From positions 95,480,001-95,544,000 of the forward strand of contig NC_042998.1 of NCBI RefSeq assembly GCF_006345805.1: a stretch of 64,000 bases of DNA, read 5' to 3'. A program made the position numbers and the translations under genes. Below, one piece after another: positions 22,253-37,650 of this stretch (within the stretch, counting starts at the first letter, position 1; the number at the start of each line of letters is the position of its first letter). The notes under the pieces were generated by a model. It ran no database searches, was not told the origin of the DNA, and was given only the letters and a program-made list of their open reading frames with translations. Origin of the DNA: Octopus sinensis. Its lineage: Eukaryota.

Positions 22253-25200
22253 GTAAGTACAGTTTGTATACCAAAGACAATACATTTAACGTATGGAATG
22301 TTCTTTATTACATGCATAGACTAAAGTTTTTGTTTTGTTTTGTTTTTGAACTTATTAACACCGCCGCTACAGTTCTCTTTAATCAATTAATTTACCTGAG
22401 CTCTGACTGAACTAACATTTTAGTACCATTATTCCTATAAAAGAAAACGTTAGAATTTTTTTTTTAGCATTCGACTATATAGTATCGAACGATTAATCCC
22501 AACAAATTAAGCGAGTTCTATGAAGAAGAATGCTTAAAGCTCAAAGATCCATCTTTCCATTTTATTTGTATCTGAATATAAAATTAATTATGTAGCATGT
22601 AGAATATTCTCCACACGCATACATATATATATATATATTTAATATAAAATTGTACTCCCACGAAATCACAAACAATATTACTATCAGGACAGTTAATTGG
22701 TGAGTTTATTATTTACAAATCTATAGAATTTTGTACAAAATCTCAGAGTTATAAATTTAGTGATTTATTGGAGAAGGAGAGGGATTTCCTGTTAGTATGG
22801 CGTTTAAGGGTCAAATATTTCATCGGGTTCTGATTCTCAATAATAGGTAGATGGAAACTTATGAATGTAAATATTATAACACGTGTCTGACGTTTTTAAT
22901 TTGGCGTAGTTTGTATTTTTTACGTTGAAGGTTAATTACTATTTTATTGGCACTACAAACTCAGCTCATTTTTTTTTTTCGATAATTTCTTAAAAGTATT
23001 TTTGACTAGGCTTTCATTTCTCACATTTTAAAATATTTTTTTATACATACTTCTCCGTCTTTTTTAAACTATATTTTTGAAATAAAGAATCTGAACAGTA
23101 ATGGCGATGACGATTCTTAAGGGCTGCAAGTCTGGTTATTGCTGCCTTCCTCCCCTTAAAAGTTTATCAGTATTTATCTGATAACCAAATCTATTGTATC
23201 TCATTGATAACAAAATATTCTTTGATAATGGGATATTCAAGGTTAAGAAGAGATCTGAATAGTATGATGTAAGCATGTTCAGAACAATAATGGTATTTTC
23301 AGAGAATGTCCTGTTAGTTGAATTATAAATCGATTTTTTCGCTCCCTCCTCATGCATTTCCCGCATGCTTCAGCAATGACTGAGATGAGGGACTGAGTCG
23401 ATATATTCCCCTCTTTCCACCTGCACCTAGGGATTTCTGTCAATTTTTAGAGAAGCTCTCTGAGCAATGTAGACTGACAGTAGAATTAATGAAGAATATT
23501 CGGTTTTACTGTCGTCTACATGTATCGCTTTAATAGCAAAATAGCATTTTCGTTTTATTCTTACTATGCTTAATAATTCCATACTTTGTTTTTTCTGGCG
23601 ACTTTCAGAAGTTTGATAAACAAATCCTTGCGGAAAATTTTCCTCCCATGTAAGGGAAGAAAGAATTTTCATTACCATCATTTTAAAAAATGCCATTATT
23701 TTTATAGAAAATTGTTTTTAGAAATTTACATTTATAATAAAGTTTTTGTCAGGCTGCAGCTCTTTCCTGAATTCCGTCTCCTTTGTATGATTGATAATGG
23801 TAAATATCGTGAATCTGGAACATGTTATAGACACTTAACAACGTGGCGGTGGTTAAAGAGCTTTGTGAATGAAAGGGATTTGATTTTCACGGTTGTTGTA
23901 TGCCACTGTATGTACCATTTGCGATATAGACAGTCAGTTGTAAGAAAAATTCACTTTTATCATACAAGTACTGTAGCCCAGATTTTTGTTTTTTTAATTT
24001 TTTATTGTTCTGACAGTTAAAATAGACTTCTCCCTAAAATGGTGTCATATTGACAATGGCGCCCGGCAAATAAGTGGAGGGTAGTAACAAAAGATTAGGG
24101 TCTAGTCTTCATCTATTTTCAGCTTTTAAGTTATGTGTGCGAATTATTTTTTTTGCGATTTGTTAAATCAAATGGAAGTAAACGTAAGCTATAAACTGTA
24201 TAAAAATGTACATTTACAATGCAGTTTCCTTAATAAACTTTTTTTTAACGTCTGTACTTTTTGGCGCGTTTTTCTATGCAGTATTATTGTAAAATTAGTT
24301 TTATTTTCAATTTTTATTTAATTTCATGTAACCTTATTTACTTCTCGCTCTAAAATGCATTTAGAGAAATTCTGTCCCGATCACATTGATTTTAAGTTAT
24401 TTTAAATAATTAAATGTGTTGAAATTTAAATATTTTCAGCATAGTCTGAAAAATTTATTCCTGTATTTTTTCCTATAATTTACTTATATCGTTGTTGTCC
24501 CCTCCGTCCAATCAAATTTATGTCCGAATGTTAATTAAAACTGATTTCTAGAACGGCTACAACACGTCTAAATATATGGACGTATTTTGTATCTAAATGT
24601 AAATGCATTGTGATGATGCAGTTAACGTATCCTGGAAGTAACTTTAAAACTGCTCGTTAAACTGGTAATATCGCAAGTTTGTCACGTTCCTATTCAAAAC
24701 TATTAAAAGTCCAGCGTAAAGTTGTAAAAACACTTACAAAACATGACAAAGTTTTAGATTACGAACTGGAGATCTAACAACATAGCAAATCGTCTCTAGG
24801 GTCATCTTTTTCATGTAGAGTGTATCTGTTTTAAATAAATAAACCATAGGCTCGGGAACGGGGGATACAAACGCAGTCCCTAAATTTTTTTTTTTGGTCG
24901 GTGGGCAAAAAAGACAGAAATGTTTTAAGCATCTTAGGTTGGACCCGTGTTTGCAAATTCGTCCCTGCACTTGCGAGCATTACAGAAGCCCTACAATGTT
25001 CCTTGTTTTAAAGAGAGAATAGTAGAAACTATACTGGAGGGATTTGATTATTTCGTCCCTTTGCGGGCGGAGTTTTGGAATACCTATATTTCGAAGTACC
25101 AGAGAAAAGCAAGAGTTGTTTTCTTTACTTTCCTGTATACTTCTTCCATACAACGGAAATAATCCTGGAAAAACGATTATCCAAAAATTTCTATTATGCA

Positions 25201-28200
25201 TTTTTGCCGTCTCCCGTGCTCCTTTCATGATGTATGGGGCTTCGAGGTGGGGGCAGTTACTTAAAAACTGTTATCTTTTAAGAACTTGGGTAACTAGGGT
25301 TGACTCATTGATCGTCACCCATATGTAGTTTCATGTCTGTTAAAAATTCATCTTCATAAAAAATTTTCCAAGTCAGTGATAGAAACAATTCTGCCCAAAA
25401 TGCTTCATGGTATTGAAATACATCTTTTCAAATCTTGGCGAGGTCGACTTACCTTCCAAAATTTTTCGAATACAGAAGACGAGTAAATCGACATCCTCCC
25501 ATGTTGCTGATTGTGTTAGAAATATCGACCAATGTTCGAAAAATTGTAATCAAAAAGATTTTCTTTTGATTTGTTTCATCTTGCTAAGATTTTACTTTAT
25601 ACCCGGAACAACCCCAGGCACAATTATATTCATCAACATAGTATTTTGAAGCCTAGTCAATTTTTCAAATATGACTGCAAAGTTCAGAATTTGTCTCAGT
25701 TTCCTCCTGTTTAGAATTAACGATCCTAAGTTTACGAGATTCGATTGTAAACAAGATTGCTTATATAGGCCTTGTGATTAAGAACTTAGTTTTAGGTTCT
25801 GTTTCGCTATCCGGCATCTTGGGCAATGTCTTGAGCGAATTTTGTTGGCGGAAACTGTGGAAGCCCGGCGTTTGTATATGTTAGTGTTTACCCCACCCCA
25901 CTTGACAACTGATATTGGTTTGATTACGTCCCCGTAACTTAGGGTTTGGCGAAAAGATTGATATAATAAGTACTAGAATTTATAAAAAAAAAAAACTGCC
26001 TAAACCCGCGAAGGCGGTGCCCAGCTTGGCCGTAGTCTGTGACTGCAGCAAATATAAAAGATATCTTGCTGTGATAGCGCCACGAAGGCAACTTCATGGC
26101 ACTCCTAACATTGCGTCGTTATTTGCTTAGCTTACTATACATCTTTATCTTGAAACAAAGGGTAAACCCCTTTTAACTCTAATTTAGGACGCTAGATTTG
26201 TTTCATTCTCAAACTATTTGAAGGTAAGACAGAAGTTGCAAAGTTCTGCCGTATTGCGTCTTCCAATGCCCTGACAGTCATTGTTATCGTATGTATGCCT
26301 CGCTCGTTCTAGTTTTGTCGAGCTTGAACTTTAATCTCGTTATAAATGGCTAATGTTCATATTGTAATCATCAGAATCTAATGGAATCCTCCTTTAAGCA
26401 TTTTTCCCATCAGAATTTTCTGACAAACAATTACGATCGCTTTGTGAGAAAAATTCAGATTATCACCTCTAGGATCAACCGTTCAAAATTCAAGAATAAA
26501 TACATGCTTTCTTTTGAAATAAATGTATGGAAATCTTTTCTAAAAAGTATCTAGAAAGTTTAGGTAGATAACTAAATAAGCTTATTATCGTTACATTTTA
26601 TCGGACTTGGCAAGAAATGCACTTTTTAACTTGGTAATTCAAAAATGTTTTCCTCAAGTAGTCACAGAGTATACTATTTTAATAAGTATAACATCTATAA
26701 TACAAATGTATTTTGACTTGTTTTCTAGATTTCGTCATACTTTGACAGTAACTAAATAAAAAATCTTAAAGAATAAATCAATAAATATCACGCTGAAAAT
26801 TGGTATTTAAAATAATCCATGTGGACGTGTGTGTATTCATTCTCAAACCTTGCTTCTGAAGTGCCCTGTAGGAAGCAGGTTTAAAAACTTTCTAAGTACA
26901 ATTTGTTGTTTAATATTTACTTTTTTTTTGCATAAATTTCAAATATTAACGCTTTAATATAATTTAATCATCAATTGAATTAATAATTATATATTTTCTA
27001 CTCTTGTTTCATCATTATTTTTCAACTTGCGGTTCTTATATGCGAAAATGATTTAAATTTTCATTTTTCTGTTATATCTTTTCCTCAGGAGTCAGTAAGT
27101 AGTTTTCTTTCTTTTTTTTTTCTTTGTCACTATTTTGTTTAATTTAGAGTTATGTTCAGCTCTCTTTTGCCAAAAATATTCCATTCGTAATATTTGATAA
27201 ACCAGAATAATTCCTGGTACATAAGGCAAGCTTTGCTGTTGCATGCATGCACTATCTATTGAGATATTTTTAAAACTTTATTAATGTTTTTGATTGTTCA
27301 GTGCGAGGAAGAAGGTTAACATTTCTCTTAAAGCTACTGAAACGGAGTAAATTATCGGACTTCTTTAAAGGTACTCCAAGGCCAGATGCGATGTTAAATT
27401 GAGCGACAGATTAAGTCTGCTGCCTGCCCAAGAATGCGAACGGTTGCTCCGAACGGTTTCCTCACAATTCCCGTCGTCTCTGTAGAATACTCTTGAAAGT
27501 TATGCATATTCTGTGACATAGCTACAGTTTCATGTCTCCCCGACTTTGTTTCTTCATATTTATTAATGAAACTATGCAGGGATAAGTTTTGGAGTGTGTG
27601 AATTACAACTATGCTGATAAAAATCATCAGTTAATGTCCATCCTCCATGTAGACACGGTTTGGATAGGATTGATGAACCGGAAGACTGCGTCAAACTCCA
27701 ACGTCTGCTTTGGCATAGTTTGTATGGGCTGAATACGGCCTAACTCAAAATTTTGAGTGTACTGGGTGCTTTTCTTTTTACTTTCGGATCAATTTCCTTC
27801 AGGCATTATTAATATTCAATTTTTCTTTTAAATGTTATCAATATAATTATAATATCCATGAAAACTTATTTCTGCAAACTTCATTTCAAAATGTACATTT
27901 TAATGAGTTATGTGGAAACTGTCGAAAATAGGTGAGAATGATCCGAAACTGCTAAAAATTTTGTTTTTCTTAAAATACGTCTTTGCAAAATTTCATTAAG
28001 AAATTACCATTTTTCATTGAATTACGAAGAAACAAAGTTGGTGATTATGGGCTAAAACTGTAGGTATGCTCTTATTCAATGAAAGCATTATTATTATTGT
28101 CCCAGTTAAGTTCATGAAAACTTGGAATGGTGTTTTCCCGACTGTTGAATGCTGAAAATGTATTTAAATTGAAAAAGTTCTTTGGCAAATGTTAAGGAAG

Positions 28201-31200
28201 TCCAAAACAACGTTTGTGTATAATTTGAAATGTTTAACACTTTTTAAAGATATGTGATATTTGCGTGCTACTTTACTGATCGAAACAGCGAGAAAATGAA
28301 AGTACAATACTACAACCTTTTATATGTAATGACTTATTTTCATGAATGAATGACAGACAGTTTCACTATGAGGTCTTCAATATGAATGAATTCTTTCATT
28401 TTGAACTACTTTCACTTTGAACTTCTTTCACTATGAACGACTACTTTTCACTACTCACTATTTCATTTACTGAATGCAACAATTGTTTCGTTCAAATTGT
28501 TCTGTCTACCAAATTTCACAAGACCTTGTTTGACCTAGGCTGGCATGAACAATTACCTGTGGTACTGAAAAGAAGAATCGAACACGAAATCATAGTTTGC
28601 AGAGAGCGTTTCTTAACAACACAACCAGCCAGCAATACTTTTTGCATGAAGAATTGGATGTTTTCAAATACAAGTTTAGATTGTTTTCTCCAGCATTTCA
28701 TCAAGTTTACTGAGGAATATGTGATGCACCAAAACAGCTTATGAACTAATATTATACGAAGAACTACGAGTCCTACATAATCTTGGGAGAGACCTTTTAA
28801 GATATTTACAAGCTAGGCGAACTGAAAATGGATAATTCTGTTTCTCTGCAGAGTTCTTTTTAATTTCTTAAGTTGTCGTTTATGTGTTGATGTCTTCTAG
28901 TACCTAAGCTAAATAGTTATTTTGTTTTTCATGCAACTTGTGCTTATAAACTTTTAGCATTCATTGTCTTAGGCTATTCATTAAACATTGCGTTTTTCTA
29001 TTTTGAAATCATAATGTCACATATTCAGGTCGTCAAGGTTGATAGGTGTCATAGTAGATACAACTGAATTAATTTTTCCAGTTCAGATAAATTGCTTCTT
29101 CCTGCTTTAGCCATTGCAAAGAAGTCAATCTAGTTTGAAAAGCAGAAAGAACTTTTACAAAAAAGTAACAATAAAATAATTTGATTTTATTGAAGGCTGT
29201 GTCTGGGAAGTTTGCTATTTATTTAGTCTCATGAACTTAATTTTTAAAATCATGAGACTGACATTTTTAGAGAAGAATTAAACCTATATGTTATTGGCAA
29301 AGAGATACTACTATATTAATTTCAAACTTAGACCTAATTTCCAGTATGAAGGTTACTATTGCTAGACTTTCAGATGTACACATGCTTGCTTACATATGTG
29401 CACCACTGTATTTAGTCCAAAGCTTTAAAGTATTGTAGAAGTAGATTTCTTACTTTAGACAACATTCCATGAGGAAATATTAAATCTTGAATTATTTCTC
29501 TGGCGAGAAGCTAGTAATTTCTGATGAAATTTGAAGAACACTTTCTAATAAAGATCAATGAAAGGCAAATGGTGTACTTAATGTAAGACCTGTCATGCCA
29601 AATTATCCAAGCCACGTCAGCATGGAATGTGGACATAAAATGATGAAATTACAATTTGAGTTTTAGTTATACACTCAAACTAAACCTGCTTTCCATTTTC
29701 CCTGACCTCTCTCCAGTTCAAGTGTGGGTGTTCAAGGACAACAATTTTACAAGATTAGATGAATTTAAATTGGAAAGACAGAGAAATATTCATTTGAATG
29801 AATCAGAAATTTGACCGTTAGATTATTATTAATCAACATTTGTAGATTATCTGAATAATTTCATAACCAGTTGATGAGGTCACTTTGCAAAATGTGTGGA
29901 ATTCATTTTCATGAGTAGAAGACGTTTAAAAAAAAAATAAATACTGAGATTAGATTGTAAAGGGGCATTACGTATATATTATACCTTTTCAGTAATGCTT
30001 GAATATTGCAGAGTTTCTCTAGATTGTCATACAAAATTGTATTTGGTTCTAGTTGGTGTTTAGAAAGTTTAATAAAGTGTTATTTCTATATATGGCGTCT
30101 GTGCAGAGGAAATATTTTGGATGTATTTTATGAGTGGTGGTGGGTTTTTTTGTTTTTAATTTCTTTTTATAAAGTTTAAAGGTACAACCTAAATCTGTTA
30201 TAAAGCTGGTAATAGATAATAACTTAGGAGTAAGTAGTAATAAAGGAATATTGGTTAGTCCACATTGCTCTGTAAGGAGATTTGGGCTGGCTTCTCTAGC
30301 ATATATATTCCTCCTTGGACAGGACGCCAGTCCATCACACAATCATTTTTGATAGATGAGTGGACTGGAGCAATGTGAAATGAAGTGTTTTACTCAAGAA
30401 CACAATGCATTGCCCAGACTGGGAATCAAAACCACAAACTTATGATCATGAGTCCTACACTGTAACCTCAGTAAAGGAATATAGTTGCTCTGAACTGGAG
30501 TTCCCAGATGAATTTTGTAAAGTAGCACATTTTCAAAAATTGAATGATGGTCTAGGCCCAAAATAGAAATTTTACTTGTGAATAAAAAAATATGTAGGTA
30601 TGTTTTTAGTTGAGTTAGTTAAACAAATTGAAAAAAAAAAAAAAGTTGATGGGGTGTCAGTCTTGAAAAGTGATGTAATTCACTATTTTTAGTCCAATCT
30701 TGGTATTTCTTTTTTGAACAGGAATACCTGATTCATTTGTGTAGGAAAATTTAGTGTTAGTTGCAGGAAAACAAAAGTCTTGAATTACCAAAGTAACCAA
30801 GGAAAATCACTGGAGGTTCAATAATTCTGAAAGCTTATCTAAAAGAGATTTGACAACGATATTCCAGTAGTATGTTTTGAAATATATTAAAGATATATTT
30901 TAGGAAGATGTTTGGCTTATTACGATAGGGCTGTGCCCATCTTTCTCCAGGTCATAATTGACTTCTTCCAAAGAGAGAATTAATCCCATCACTTGACTGG
31001 TAAAAGAAGTGAAGTTGATCTTGGGACTTGAACTCAATGTGCAGAGAGCCAGAATAAATGCTGCAAAACATATTCTATCAGATGCTTCTGTTTCTTAGAA
31101 TCAATCATTAGTCTTGGTTTCTGGTGTTGAGACAGTTGGTTATTGAAGTTTACACAATCAGAAATTCAAAAAGCTCAAGTGTGTAAAATAAGTCAGAGAG

Positions 31201-33643
31201 GTTGATGGATATGTTTAAAGGAATATCATTGCAAAACGCTTCAATTATAACACCAAGTCAACACTTCTCCAGCAGATAGGCTTATTGCTTTTATTTCAGC
31301 TGGTGTTATATTTATAATGTAATAGTTATTTTTTGCACTCTATAGTAGATGTAAGAAATAAGACTTGAAATGTTTAATTACTAAGTTATTATAGTCTTTA
31401 TTTTATCATGAATTTTAATTAGTTATTTTTCTAACAGTTAGGAAAATATCTGTATACACTCAATCCTAACCAGCCCTTTTAAATAAAACAATGGGGTAAG
31501 TGAAACTCAACTTTTCTCCCATGTAGAATGTTTAGTCAATATAGCTTATTCTGTCCTGGCTCCTTCTTCCTTCTGCTCTCTCTCTCTGTCTCTTTCTATA
31601 TACGTCTTTTTATATGTGTGTGTGTGTATACACACATACATATATATACACTTCTCTCTGCATGCTTCTAGTTTGAACTGTTTTGGCTTTGGATTTAATT
31701 TTTCTCTTACATTTAGTTATTCTGCTTAATAATGTTGCTCTTCAACTAGTTCTCTCTATACCCATTCATATTTCTTTGCTATATCTTCTTAGTAACCATT
31801 TGAGAGAACCTGTGAATTTTTAATAAATATGAAGATGCTGTCGTAAAGTTAATTCTAATAAAGCTTTCAGCATAATTACATTTTCAGTATTTTCACATAC
31901 TAAGAGGTGAAAAGTTCAAGTTATTAGCCTTCATGGTGGTCAATATTCCTTATCCTATTGTGAGCATTTTGTTGTCTCTATGAAAACTATATCTCTGCAG
32001 CTCAAGTTTATACTTAACTGGAGGGGTAAAATGGTTTAGGTATCTAGGATTTAGTTTCCTTACAGGTTTTGTCTACAGAATCAAGTGTGCTAGTAACCTT
32101 AAGTCATAGAAGCATGACTATGATATTAGAATAAGCTCAGGATTTAACATATTTATTGCTATATTTATGTTGAAATGTACTTGCTTTGTGTTTGTCAATT
32201 ATTAATACAATGAAGAATTTAATGAAATAACTTAAGCTGGTGTTTGCATATGTTAACATGACATTTTGATGGAAAGTTTTAATTTAGCATTTAAACTGGT
32301 CATATCTGGGTCAAAATATCCCACATTTATGTTTAAAATGGCCAAATCTGGCCTTTTATACATACCTTACAATGCTATGCTAAAAAGGGACAATTACATT
32401 GAAATCTCAAAGCTACAAGACAATGCATGTTTAATTCAAGACAATATGAGTAAATAAGCATTACATTTGATTGAGTAATTTCAATGTGAAAAGGTTAAGT
32501 CACTTTGAAACAGTAAATTTGCATCAGAATCATTAGTGATCTCAGATGGGTTGGTATCAAATGTATTAAATGCTGTGGTATTTAACCCATTAGCATTCAG
32601 ATTTTTCTGTGAAATATATTTATTCATATTGCTTTAAATTAATCATGAATTATCTTGTTGCTTTGAGATATCAATTGATGATGTGATTGTTTATACTTTT
32701 AGAATAACATTGTAGGGGTAGATGTTCAAGGCTGGATCTAGCCAGTTTGAACATGAAGCAGGTACAATATTTTGACCAGATATAGCCAGTTTAGATGCTA
32801 AAGGGTTAAATTTATAGGCTTAGTGTATATAAATTAGGTTTAATGTATATACTTAACTGTAGTAATTGATTGCTGATTTTTGATATGTAAAGCTATCCCA
32901 TTAACTGCTCTCCTTTGTGTGTATGTGTGTGTTTCAACTGGCATAAAAATTTACCAGGTTTTATGACCTAAATAGTTACTGAACTGGTACTCAAGATTGG
33001 CACCTTTTCATTTAAACTCTACTAACTTTAAATCTGAGCTGTCTATTAAGTGAAAACAATATTGTCAGATGCTTCACTGCATGTCTTGCTCCACTGCCTG
33101 CCCATTATGTATTATTACTGCATGTAGCAGCTCTAGATATTGGCTTACTTTTTAACCTTTTAGTTTAGTTATTATATGTACAAGTATCCCTACCACATTA
33201 GCAAAACCACTACTGCAATTGTGTTTAAAAATCCTTCTTCCAATCAGCAGCATTCAACAAAACTATCATCATCAAGGCTATGATGTAATGATGTAGCTGA
33301 ATATTACTTAGAAGAAAGATTTTCTCTACTAATCTCTTCCCCTTTTTAACTTCCCACTAGAAATAATACTGTGTTTAGGTTAAATGAATTTAAAGAAAAA
33401 GATTATACTGGTTGAGTGAGGGTCACTGCTGAGCTAAACATTTTGTGTGGTTTACAGTGCATGTGCATACACACAATTTTTGAACAGTGGAACTTAAGTA
33501 GATGAAGCTATATATAAAATAAACATGCAAATATTGGGTTATAAAAGACACTTGAATGAAAAATTTGACTGCTACCCATGTAGTTTACTATTATGCCTTA
33601 GTTTCATTTTAATCTTTATAATCTAAACTAATATGTATGTGAA

Positions 33644-33682
<39 letters not shown>

Positions 33683-33760
33683 ATAAATATCATTTAACAT
33701 CTGTTGTCCATGCTGGCATGGGTTGGATGGTTTGACCCAGCTGGCATGCTGGAAGGCTAT

Positions 33761-33842
<82 letters not shown>

Positions 33843-34554
33843 TCTGACATACCTGTTTTTAAACAATAAAATGATTGTTTAATATTTGGTATTTAGGAAG
33901 CCAATATAAAAGCCTATGAACAGACCAATTTATTTATTTTTGCAACATAACGGATTTTGAACAATATGCATACATAGCTTTCCTATAGTTTTCATCTACC
34001 AAATTCAGCCACAAGTCTGAGTGGCCTCTGGCTACAGCAGAAGACACTTGTGAAGCTGCTGCACAGTAGGTTGGAACCTGAAACCACTTGGTTGGGTAGC
34101 AATCTTCTAAACATGGTCACTTCTGTGACTATGAAAACTGCATATGATAACTATTAAATCCAACTTAACATGAATGTGTTGTTAGAATACTGAATACTGT
34201 GTTATCAGCCTTGTTAGCTCCTCTCATATTGGCACTTGGTACCTAAAAGAACACACAAATCAGATAAGAATTGCCTGTCATGTGTACCAAAATTCCCATA
34301 TTACAATTTCATTCTCCTGGAAATCACCAGTGAGAAGCATCTAGTGAATACTCATTCCATCGGTACTAATGAAATTTTTTTTCTAAATCTGCTGCCTATT
34401 TGTAATACTAATGTCTTAAAAGACGCTGGTATTTTATATATTGTAGCAGTGAGATTTGATAGGCATGTGGTAACCGGATGCTTTCCAGTTTTCTTGTAGA
34501 ATGAAATCACATATGGAAATTCTGCTGCTCATCACAGACAATTCTCATCTATGA

Positions 34555-34590
<36 letters not shown>

Positions 34591-34599
34591 TTTATGCCC

Positions 34600-34870
34600 C
34601 GAGCACCTATATGTGAAGATCTGCAGTAACGATGGATTGCAAATCTTGTGCTGGTGTCACATAAAAAGCACCTGGGCCAGTGCCACAAAAGTGCTTGCGG
34701 TTTTGCATTAAAGTGCTTGTGCAGTGACACATTAAAAGCACACACTGTAAAGTGGTTAATGTTAGGAAGCACATCCAGCAGTAGGAACCAAGACATTGGT
34801 GCAGCTCTCCAGCTTGCTAGCTCCGGTCAAACTGTCCGACCCATGTCCAGCATGGAAAACCTGTTAAAGG
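34600..34870 (+). mobile_element. RTE-type 3' tail fragment
   Basis: Ends caaactgtccgacccatgtccagcatggaaa, the same tail as the RTE at 41.8 kb. Further tails at ~27640, ~33700 and ~36850. Confidence 0.65.
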
Positions 34871-37042
34871 AGCATGATGTTCCAAGACCGCCATGTTGGA
34901 CATAATGAAAGTGAAAAATATTGGGAAAATATTTTTCAATTGCTTTCAAAAAGAAGTAAAATATAGACAAACAACTAGTGTTTATAAGTTCAATTATATC
35001 TTCCCAGTCATGAAAATTCATGTGAAACAAACTTAGAATTTATGTAAATACTTAAACCATTATAGTCTGGCCAAATTTGGTGCACTGATTTTAATATGTG
35101 AGCTTGACTACAAAGATTATTTGTTCTTTATTTTTTTATAGGAAAACAAAATTAGTATTAAAAATGAGAACAAAAAGTTTAAAATATATTCAATGCTTTA
35201 TATTTGTCCAAAATTTTATGATGGAGAGCTGGCAGAAATGTTTGTTAGTTTGCTGGGCAAAATGCTTCATGGCAGTTCTAGTTCAGCATTGGGGTTGTTG
35301 TAATCAACTTAGCTCCTTCTCTGAAATTGCTGGCGTTGTGCCAAAATTTTAAACCAATATTTATACAAAATCTTAAAAAAAAATTCTTTACTTTGCAAAA
35401 CATGAAAGTTGAGATGTACTTTTAAGAAGGAAATGATTTCTCCTTCCTATATAAATGAAGCAACAGACAGAGTAACAAGATCTCGTTCTGTTACAATATA
35501 GTTTAATAGGAATAATATGAATTCTGTAAAAGGAAGAAGTGGAAAAAAAAAACATCGACTTCACCAATTGAGAAAAGTGGGTAACCTGTTTGCTATTATA
35601 TTTACACCTTAGTTGCAACATACTGCATGTCGTCTCGTACATACATGTCAGTTGCTGATTTTCACATCATTAAATATGTAGCGATTCCTTCATAGCAACA
35701 GGTGCTGTTTAACCCCTTTGATACTGATGAGACAGCTCTTGGGTTCTATGATGCAATATTCCATAAAAGTGATCTAAAATTAAAACCTATCAAATTTTCA
35801 TATTTGTTCCAAACACCACCTTCATACCGAGTTATCTTATCAAATTAATTCATTATTCTTAAAATTGAAACAAAGGCAATGTATTTCAGCAGAAATAGAA
35901 CAAAAGTGTAGAAAATTAAAAAAGGAACAAGCTGTTATGTAGCTTTGTTGACTTCATATTTTTATTCCATTTGATCTGCAAGACAAAAACACAAGAATAG
36001 GAACCAAGCACATATATTACTGCTTTACAAATAACTTTAAATACTGGGTTTATGTTTACATTCTAAGATACACAGAGCTTGGTAATCCTTTTATAAATGT
36101 TTATTATAGCCATATTTTTCTCTTCAAATTTTGTTATCCAATGAACTTCTTCTTCCTAGCAGATCTTTTATTTTATTACATGGTTCTTTCCAAGTATTGG
36201 CCACTGACATGAAATGCCAGTGGTTACATCTAAAAAAAAAAAACTGCTTGAATCCTAAGTGGACTTCCAAAAATATTTTAAAAATCTAGTTAAATCTTAG
36301 CTTGGCTGTTTAGAAGAATAGAACCCCTTCCTCCAAAAAAAATCCCACTCAAACCATTCCTCGCTCCCCCTTTGTGAGTTCTTCCCCAATTCCAGGGTAA
36401 GAATCACTAGTCTACATTGTGTCACAAAGATAACTGAAACAACCTTGTACATTGGAATCATTTGAAAACAGTTTGAAAACAAAAACATCTTTGCACTCTT
36501 TCAGTCTTATATCAGAGGGAACATTGACTTCTTAAGTTTTATCTGGTGAAACTTTGCTCATAACATTTATTCATTGATAAAATATTTTTGTAAAGAAACA
36601 ATAGCTGATCAAAAAGTAAGGCAAAATATGGAAACATAGACGCCTTTTAAAAGATAAGCCAACCCAATTTTGTGTAGAAGTATCTAAATGAGCCTAGTTA
36701 AATGATATGAATATTTTTGTATCTTTTGCATGTGGGCATGTATATTCATACATGTTTAAGAAGCTTGCTTTCCAACCATGTGGTCTTGGGTTCAGTCACA
36801 CTGCTCAGCTCCATGGGCAAGTGCCTTCTGCTATAGTCTTCATCATCATCCTTCTATGCTGGCATGGGTTGGACGTTTTGACAGGACCCGGCCAGACAGG
36901 AGCCTGAACCATGCTTCTGTGTCTGTTTTTGGCACGGTTTTTATGGCTGGATGCCCTTCCTAACACCAACCACTCAACCGTGGGCTTAGGGGCACAAATG
37001 CCTTGGTTTCGTCAATAGAAAATGAAAAGATCAGCTACCTAT

Positions 37043-37650
37043 ATATATTACATCATCCCATAAATAATATGGGTTTTTATACTTTTATTTTTCAAAATTA
37101 AGGTAAACAAAGTTCTTTCTAAGTCTAAAATATGCTCTCCTTCATTTTCTACAATGATCTTCCATCTATCTGGTAAACTTGCAAGCACCCCCTTCCAAAA
37201 TTCGCTTGTCCATGGCAAATACTCCTCCAGTACTGTTCTGACCACATCTACAGAATTCATATTTTTCTGTCCAAATGATTTTGAAGACTGTGAAATAAAT
37301 AAGCAGATGGAGCAGGGCATAATTTCTCATTCAAACTGCTCCAGCCTTCAGAATGTCATGTGGTCGAGCATTATTATCCTAATGGAAGAACACCTTTTGT
37401 CTTGAAACCAAAGATTTTTCTTCTAGCATTGACTTAAGCTGCTTGCAGTAGATCTTCTTTGTTATTTAGTTTGGGGTTAAAAGTTCAAAGTGGACTAAAC
37501 CTTTCATGTCCCACCAAACAGATAACACCATGCATGGGTGAAGACCTTCTTTAGCCTGAGGTGCTGACGTTTCTCCTTTCCCTACCCACTGTCTTTGGCG
37601 CTTAACATTTTTATAGGGAACCCATTTTTGGTCACCAGGCACTATTCAAT
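37043..37650 (-). mobile_element. Mariner transposon 3' fragment, dead
   Basis: Translates ...VVRTVLEEYLPWTSEFWKGVLASLPDRWKIIVENEGEHIL. RIVPGDQ (degenerate RIVTGDE) near 37640; TIR remnant at 37043. Confidence 0.8.

Noticed and set aside
24855-24885. Minus-strand gggactgcgtttgtatcccccg resembling U1 snRNA stem-loop IV
   Set aside because: Only ~20 nt of similarity; no U1 5' end (ATACTTACCTG) or stem-loops I-III.
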